Assembly (NCBI GenBank): GCA_012295275.1
Contig: CM022676.1
Coordinates: 3,658,001 to 3,722,000, forward strand
Reading direction: 5' to 3'
Length of the DNA: 64,000 nt
Origin: Chrysomallon squamiferum
Taxonomy: Eukaryota > Animalia > Mollusca
Part shown: one piece after another, positions 57,018 to 64,000 of the stretch
Layout of the letters: each line of letters opens with the position of its first letter
How positions within the stretch are numbered: the first letter of the stretch is position 1
The notes under the pieces: generated by a model
What the model saw: only the letters and a program-made list of their open reading frames with translations
Told to the model about the DNA's origin: nothing
Database searches by the model: none
Program-made: the position numbers and the translations under genes

Positions 57018-59282
57018 CTTTGTATATAGGTGTGTGTTTGAGTGTGTGTGTCTGGGTACGTGTAGGTTCTTAGTATGTGTATATGTATACGCTGAGACAT
57101 ACGTACATATGTTGTTACAAACACATATTCATATACACACACACATACATACATTCATACATACATACGTACATACATACACACACACACACATACATAC
57201 ATACATGCATACACACAAACACCCACGAAAGACAAACATAACATTTGAGAATGAGTCAAACTACATAACGCTTTTATTTGTGTCATTTTAATCAAAAGTA
57301 ACTGTTTATAATGAGGATCAAACGATCTTTTTTTGTCGCAGATTTGACAAATGTGGCTATTTGTAATATAATAAACGATTACTTACAAAATCAGCGTGAA
57401 GTGTATACACTGGGGACCTAACACGTAGTAGACAAAATGTCAATTTGCCTAAGGAATCATAGGAATAACGATCAGTTGTCCTCTAACACCTTAGATCCCA
57501 TTCCAACCCGTTCTTTATGACTAGTGCATTAAAAGTTATGTCACATGCGTATTATTATTATTTATTTATTTGTTCGTTTATTTGTTTGTTTGTTTATATT
57601 TATTTTATGTATTTTTTATTTCCTCAGTGTTTTGTTTTTTCATTTTTCCTTCCCTTCAATCTTGAAGAGTATTTTTAACAGTAATTATTAAATTTCATTT
57701 ATTCATTCATTCATTTATTCATCCTTCTATCATTCATCCATTCTTCTTTCTTGCTTCTTTAAAACAAGTTAAACAATCCTTTACGAACTATTTAGCATAT
57801 TTCCGTTCATTCCTTCATTCATTCACTCACCACCCCATAAACGAATCATTACCCTCTTCCTCATTTACTCGTTCACTCATCCCTTCCCACCTTCTGTCTT
57901 TTCTTCCTTCGTTCCAACACTATCTTACGACTGCCTTACGCAAAGTCAAGGTCACAAGGCACCTTTACTCTGTATTTCTTTTTGCCTTGCACGCTTTTTT
58001 TTGGTTTTACCGCTAGTTAACGGTTTAATGAATATCACCTAAGCAGTTATTTGTTTAACGACAACTCGATGCGTGTAATATTAACGGCTAGTTCGTTAAA
58101 CGGCCTGGTATCAGTATCTTTGTACACAGACGATACATGAGAGAAAACAGTTACCTTAGCGTATGTCTGAAGTTTACACTGTCTGAAGATTCGTTATTCA
58201 TCCATTTTGTTGACTGTGCAACACATATTACGACCTTTCGTTTGATTAATATTTTTATATATTTTTTTTTTTTATATTTTGTATTTTTATTAATTCTTTT
58301 CTTCTTCTTCTTTTTCTTCTTGTTCTTGTTCTTGTTCTTTTTCTTCTTGTTCTTCTTCTTCTCCTTTTTCTTCTTGTTCTTGTTCTTCTTTTTCTTATTA
58401 TTGTTGTTGCTGTTGTTATTATTTTTTGTGAGTTGTAGTAGTAGTAGTAGTTATAGTAGCAGTGGCAGTAGCAGTAGTTGTTGTACTAGCTCTAGTAACG
58501 GTAGCAGTATAAATTTCAAAAAAATATTGTTTTCACTTCATGATTTTTTTCTGATTCCTCTGTCTTATTTTATTTTTTAGATACCTTTTAAAAAGTTCTT
58601 CTTTTTTAATATTTTATAAGTGTGTGATTTTTATTTAATTTTATTCCATTTAAAATCATTTTTAAAGATTTCATTATTATTATCATCATCATTATTATTA
58701 TTATCTTCGTCTTCATCATAATCATCAATCATTCATTCATTACACACACACACACATATATATATACATATATATAGTCACAGACAGACAGATAGACAGA
58801 CAAACCCATACGCAATCTAATCTCACAAAAAAAAAAAAAAAAAACTCTACTAAAAAAATTAGTTACCAAACATTACACGCATAACTAAGCAATTCTCCTT
58901 TTTTCCACCTTTTGTTTTTTTTCAGAGTATCACCAAGAAAATTGCATCCTATCAATAAATAATTGTCATTCGCACCTTTACGTACTTTTTGTTTTCAAAA
59001 TTTGTTTTCCATTCAGGCGTGGTTTTGTCTACTGGGAATCTTGCGATAGCTCCAAGCCGCCATTTTGATCATTCTGTTGCAAAATAATAATTTTCCTTGC
59101 TTGTATTAATAATTCACTGGAAAGTTAACAAACCAGAAATTGGGAGCGGTGTTTTCGCCGTAGCGAATAAAGGATTATACGTCTGTAAAATAAAAAATGA
59201 AAATAATTGAAAAGCAAATTAGATAATGGATGATAATGTTGAAAAGACGAGTGATCTGAATTAGAAAGTTAGTGATATAGGT

Positions 59283-59615
59283 GTGTACGTGTGTGTGTAT
59301 GTGCTTTGTGTATTTATCTATGTATGTATGTATATTTGTATGTATGTATATATGTACTTACATGTGTGTATGTATTTAATATATGTATGTTTGTATGTAT
59401 GTATGTATGTTTGTATGAATGTATGTATGTATGTATGTATGTATCTGTGTCTATGTATGCATGTATGTTTATATGTATGTGTGTGTGTACGTGTGTGTAT
59501 TATGCCTGTATGTTTGTGTGTGTGTAAGTATGTACACATGTATATTTCTTTTGTATTATTTTTTCTGTATAATTGCATGTATGTACGTGCCTATGTTCTT
59601 ATGTATGTATGCATG
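59283..59615. repeat. (TATG/TG)n degenerate microsatellite
   Basis: Directly visible. Confidence 0.85.
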
Positions 59616-59875
59616 CCTTTCCGTGTAGTGGGATTGGGACACAAATTCAAACAGCATCAGGGATTTTCCTTGATCTATTTAAGCTTTTAATACATCAGTG
59701 ATAATTAAAATTAATAATAAAATTATACAGTACCACTCAGAAGGGAATACGAAGGTTTGTTTGATGAAAATTCTACACGTGGGACTGTTTCATTATAAAT
59801 ATGACTTATTAAACTTTTATTTAATAGCAGTGTGTGTGCTGCTGTGTTTCCGACAATATACAATGTGCGTGTCTG

Positions 59876-59987
<112 letters not shown>

Positions 59988-60572
59988 TGTTTTAAAAAGT
60001 ATTTGTATATATTCAGATGTATACATACAGAATACAATATAATGTCTATATTTGTATTTCTCTGTATTACAACTACATTTAAAAAAAAAAAAAAAAAAAA
60101 AAAAACACTATAGTATTCTGACTATACACAAATTCCGAACAAAGCTGAAATAAAAAAATATAACAAAAATATTTCCATTGTTGATCTGCATTCTTAACAT
60201 TCGTCTTCAGAACTGTCAATTCTTCTTTGTCATTATTTATTGATACAGTCCACCAATCGTACACGATTAACAGACAGGAAGTAAAGTAATTACGTCATTT
60301 TCCTAACTCCAGGTCACAGAAGCCTTTCAGTGTCAGCAGAAAAAAAAAAAAAGAAAAAAAAAAAAAAAAAAAAGATCATAAACTCATAGACTGATTCCCA
60401 ATCTCGGGAAATCATAATTGGTCTGGTTTGGTGCACTTTTTTTTCTTCTTTTTTTTTTTTTCTCTCCTTCTTATTTTTTTCTCTCCTTCTTATTTTTCTT
60501 CTTCTTCTTTTTCTTGTTGTTTTCTTCTTATTCTGTTTTTCGTCGTTGTTTTCTGCTGTCGTTTCTTTTCTT

Positions 60573-60635
<63 letters not shown>

Positions 60636-60685
60636 ACACACACACACATCTAGATTTACTGCAGCAGTCTCACTCATTATAAAAT

Positions 60686-61105
60686 TAGTAGTAGTAGAAG
60701 TAGTTGAAGTAGAAGAAGTAGTAGTAGTAGTAATAGTAGTAGTAGTAGAAGTAGCTGAAGTAGAAGAAGTAGTAGTAGTAGTAATAGTAGTAGTAGTAGT
60801 ACTATGATGATGATGATGATGACGATGATGACGATTTTAATCTCTAAATTTTTATAAGTGAATAAAAACAAAATGATGATAATAATAATAATAGTAGTAG
60901 CATTAGTTAGTAGAACTGGTAGTATTAAAAGTGATAGAAGAAGTACTAGTAGTAGTGGTAGTACTAACAGTAGCAGTAATAGTGGTAGTATAGTAGAAGT
61001 CATAGCAGTAGTAGCGGTAGTAGTTTTAGTTTTAGTAGTAGTAGTAGTAGTGGTAGTGTAGTGGTAGTAGTAGTAGTAGTAATAGTAGTAGTAATAGTAG
61101 TAGTA
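60686..61105. repeat. (GTA)n compound tract including a duplicated 51-bp unit (~60691-60800)
   Basis: GTAGAAGTAG(T/C)TGAAGTAGAAGAAGTAGTAGTAGTAGTAATAGTA occurs twice. Confidence 0.85.
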
Positions 61106-62001
61106 AAATTCATTAATATTAAAATGTGTTTAATCCACACGCACACTAACTGATTAACGACCATCTTCGAAGAATCCCTCAATCTCTCATTTCTCATCCT
61201 ATTTAATAACCAGCAGCAAGAATTCTTTTTACGAGACATCCCGGTAACTACGTACGCACATACCACGACCATTGTTAGCTTTGAGCTCTGTCTGGAACTG
61301 GAAAAGCAACAGTTTTTTTTGTTTTCCTTTTTTTAATCTTAGATGATTGATCTGCTTATACTTGTTGCCCTGCACCAGTTGAAGAACAACCAATCTGAAA
61401 TAAATAAAAAAAAATCGTGTAACTTTAGGGAGAAGTGTTGATATGAAAAACTTGATGAGTGTTGTTTCACTTTGCTTTTTTTTTTTTTTTTTTTTTTCTT
61501 GTACACAAACATTCGCCATTACCAAAGCCATTTATCATTGTAAGACTCGAATCAATATATTTGATAAATATCTATCCTCCGAAGTATTTCATTTTTTTCT
61601 TTCGATATAATCTAAACATTGCAAAAAAAAAAAAAAAAGAAAGAAAGAAAAAAAAAAGAAACAATAAAGATTTGTAATGACATCAAAATTGCGATTTCGT
61701 TTCAAATTTTTTGTTTATCTGTTGTTTTTTTTTGTTTTTTTTGTTTGTTTGTTTGAGTGGGATAATTGTTTGCGAAAACCGATATTATGTTTCAATAATC
61801 ATCAGAATTTTGTTTCTTAATGTCACTATTTTTGACATTAATATCATTCTATTTTAAAATTAGATTATTGCAATTCAAATATAGTGTTTATTATTTGCTG
61901 AATTATCTTTGGATTTGTATGACATATCATAAACAGACAAACTGAGTGACACCTACTGAAATATGTATGTGTATATGTGTTTGTGTGTGTGTATGTGTAT
62001 A

Positions 62002-62032
<31 letters not shown>

Positions 62033-62523
62033 TTTTTTATTATTATTATTATTCCTATTGTTATTTTTATCTACGACTACTGAATGAATAGACATATATT
62101 GATATGTACGCACGTATGTATGAATACACATATACACACACCGATATACTTTTATATCTGACGGACAAACAGAAATGGGTTCACAGACAGAAAGACAAAC
62201 AGACAGACAGATAAATAGATATCTGATCGATGTAATGCCTGTGTTATACACATAACTACACCAGGAAATATTTATTGAATTAGTTAGTACCTTGTTAATC
62301 AGTTGTTGGGTTATTTTATTACTTCTTGTCTGTGTATTTACCTTGTGGCTAGTTAATTTTTTTTTTTTTTTTTTTTTTTGCTAATTTGTTTCTTTTATTG
62401 TCTCTCATTTTTCTTTTGTTTTCTTCTTTTTATTTTTTTTTTATTTATTTATTTATTTTTTTAAATACTAGTTAATAGGCAACAAAAGCATGTACAACAA
62501 AAATTATTTTCAATAAATCAATA

Positions 62524-62639
<116 letters not shown>

Positions 62640-62912
62640 TCATTAATTGGGAATCGAATCATGCTCTGAGACGATTTAACCGCTTTCCAGCAATAAACAA
62701 GAGGTTTTAGTTTCCTCCAAAGAAAAATTTCAAAAAGTGACAAGTAGAGGGATCGTTCTCAAAATAATAAAACTATCATTACCAAGTGTGACCTGTTTCA
62801 ACGAAAGGACTACAAAGTTTCTAAGCAACAGTTGTATGGAATGTATATTGAGCTGAAACTGTTATTATTAATTTTTAGTTGTTTTTATCCACAACAGCTG
62901 CAATTAATAACA

Positions 62913-62943
<31 letters not shown>

Positions 62944-64000
62944 ACAAACAAACAAACAAACAAATAAATAAATAAATAAACAGAAAAAAAAAATAAATAA
63001 ATAAATAAATAAATATAATAAAAAATTATAAAATCAAATCAAATAAAATAAAACAAAGAAAATAAAGAAAAATAAAGGAAAATAAGTAGATAATGCACAG
63101 CAATACAGCTTAATCAATTCTAAAAACCAGTTCAATTCAGAACATCACAATGCATTACTACGCAACTCATCATTACGTGAAAATAACGTAACACGCGTAT
63201 TTATCTTTGACAAATCGACGTCAGACTCATTTCGTTATGAGGAGTCTCACACTTTTGACACCGGAATTCCCCGAGCGGAGCAACATCGCTATTACAAATT
63301 GTTTAAAATTCCATTCTTCACTGCGCGCGACACAAGAGACTTGTACAAAAAAAACACAAACTGACACGGCAGCGAGAAATATTTACTAGATGATCTATCG
63401 CAAATGTCGAGTCGCACTTTGCAGACGTTTCTCGTAAGAAATATGGATGCACGTGGTACGTAAGCGAGTTCGTTTTGCCGACGAGTGAAAGGGAAAATAA
63501 ATTGATATTTACTGGTTATGAGTCGTCTGCTAAGATATTGCTAAAGAAAAAAAGAAAAAAAGTAAATAATATTTTTTTTTTTTTTTTTTTTTTTAAAATA
63601 CGAGTTAATAATTGTGTAGAGAAGGCAAAATGAGAAATACAAAATACAAAGTGGACAGATAAATCATAAGAACAACAGTAATGATGATGATGATGATGAT
63701 GATGATGATAATAATAATAATATACAAATAAATGAATAAATAAATGAATAAATAAATAAATACAGATTAAATTTATTTATTATAGACATTACTCTTTGCT
63801 GATAATAAAGTATCGCGGCTAGCTCTAAACCAATCCTCTTTTTTAGTTGGACCACGCAAACCCTACAGCTACATTTATCCCTTCTTGACATTAAACCACT
63901 TTATTCCTCCAAAAATAAAACCTGCCATGATTGAAACCGGTTACAAATTTGTTCACGAAGACGTATCCCTGTGGATTACACACTACACGAATTCTAAATC

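Noticed and set aside
59012-59070. Possible next receptor exon after TTTTCCATTCAG
   Set aside because: Phase-0 frame reads AWFCLLGILR then stop, with no TM3/DRY motif in any frame

Overview
AT-rich, extremely microsatellite-dense animal genomic DNA. It is not prokaryotic, and the protein is protostome-like; a mollusc or cephalopod source is plausible from the repeat landscape but unproven. The only convincing coding sequence is the first coding exon (54837-55406, +) of a D2-like dopamine receptor (class A GPCR: ~130-aa glycosylated N-terminus, TM1, TM2), ending at a phase-0 GAG|GTGAGT donor. I found no later exon in the window. The ~54 kb upstream has no recognisable gene and could be intergenic or a large 5' intron. 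It contains three long-range inverted repeat pairs (1897-2087/6437-6640; 33708-33781/34140-34209; 39146-39382/41721-41952), a Tigger/pogo-like MITE, a probable Harbinger-like MITE, several minisatellites and recurrent CRE-, CTCF- and E2F-like motifs. The intron after the exon starts with an array of hairpin-core repeats separated by variable microsatellite spacers. Most long ORFs in the supplied track are translations of simple repeats. I found no convincing novel multi-gene system; the best leads are the inverted-repeat architecture and the intronic hairpin array.
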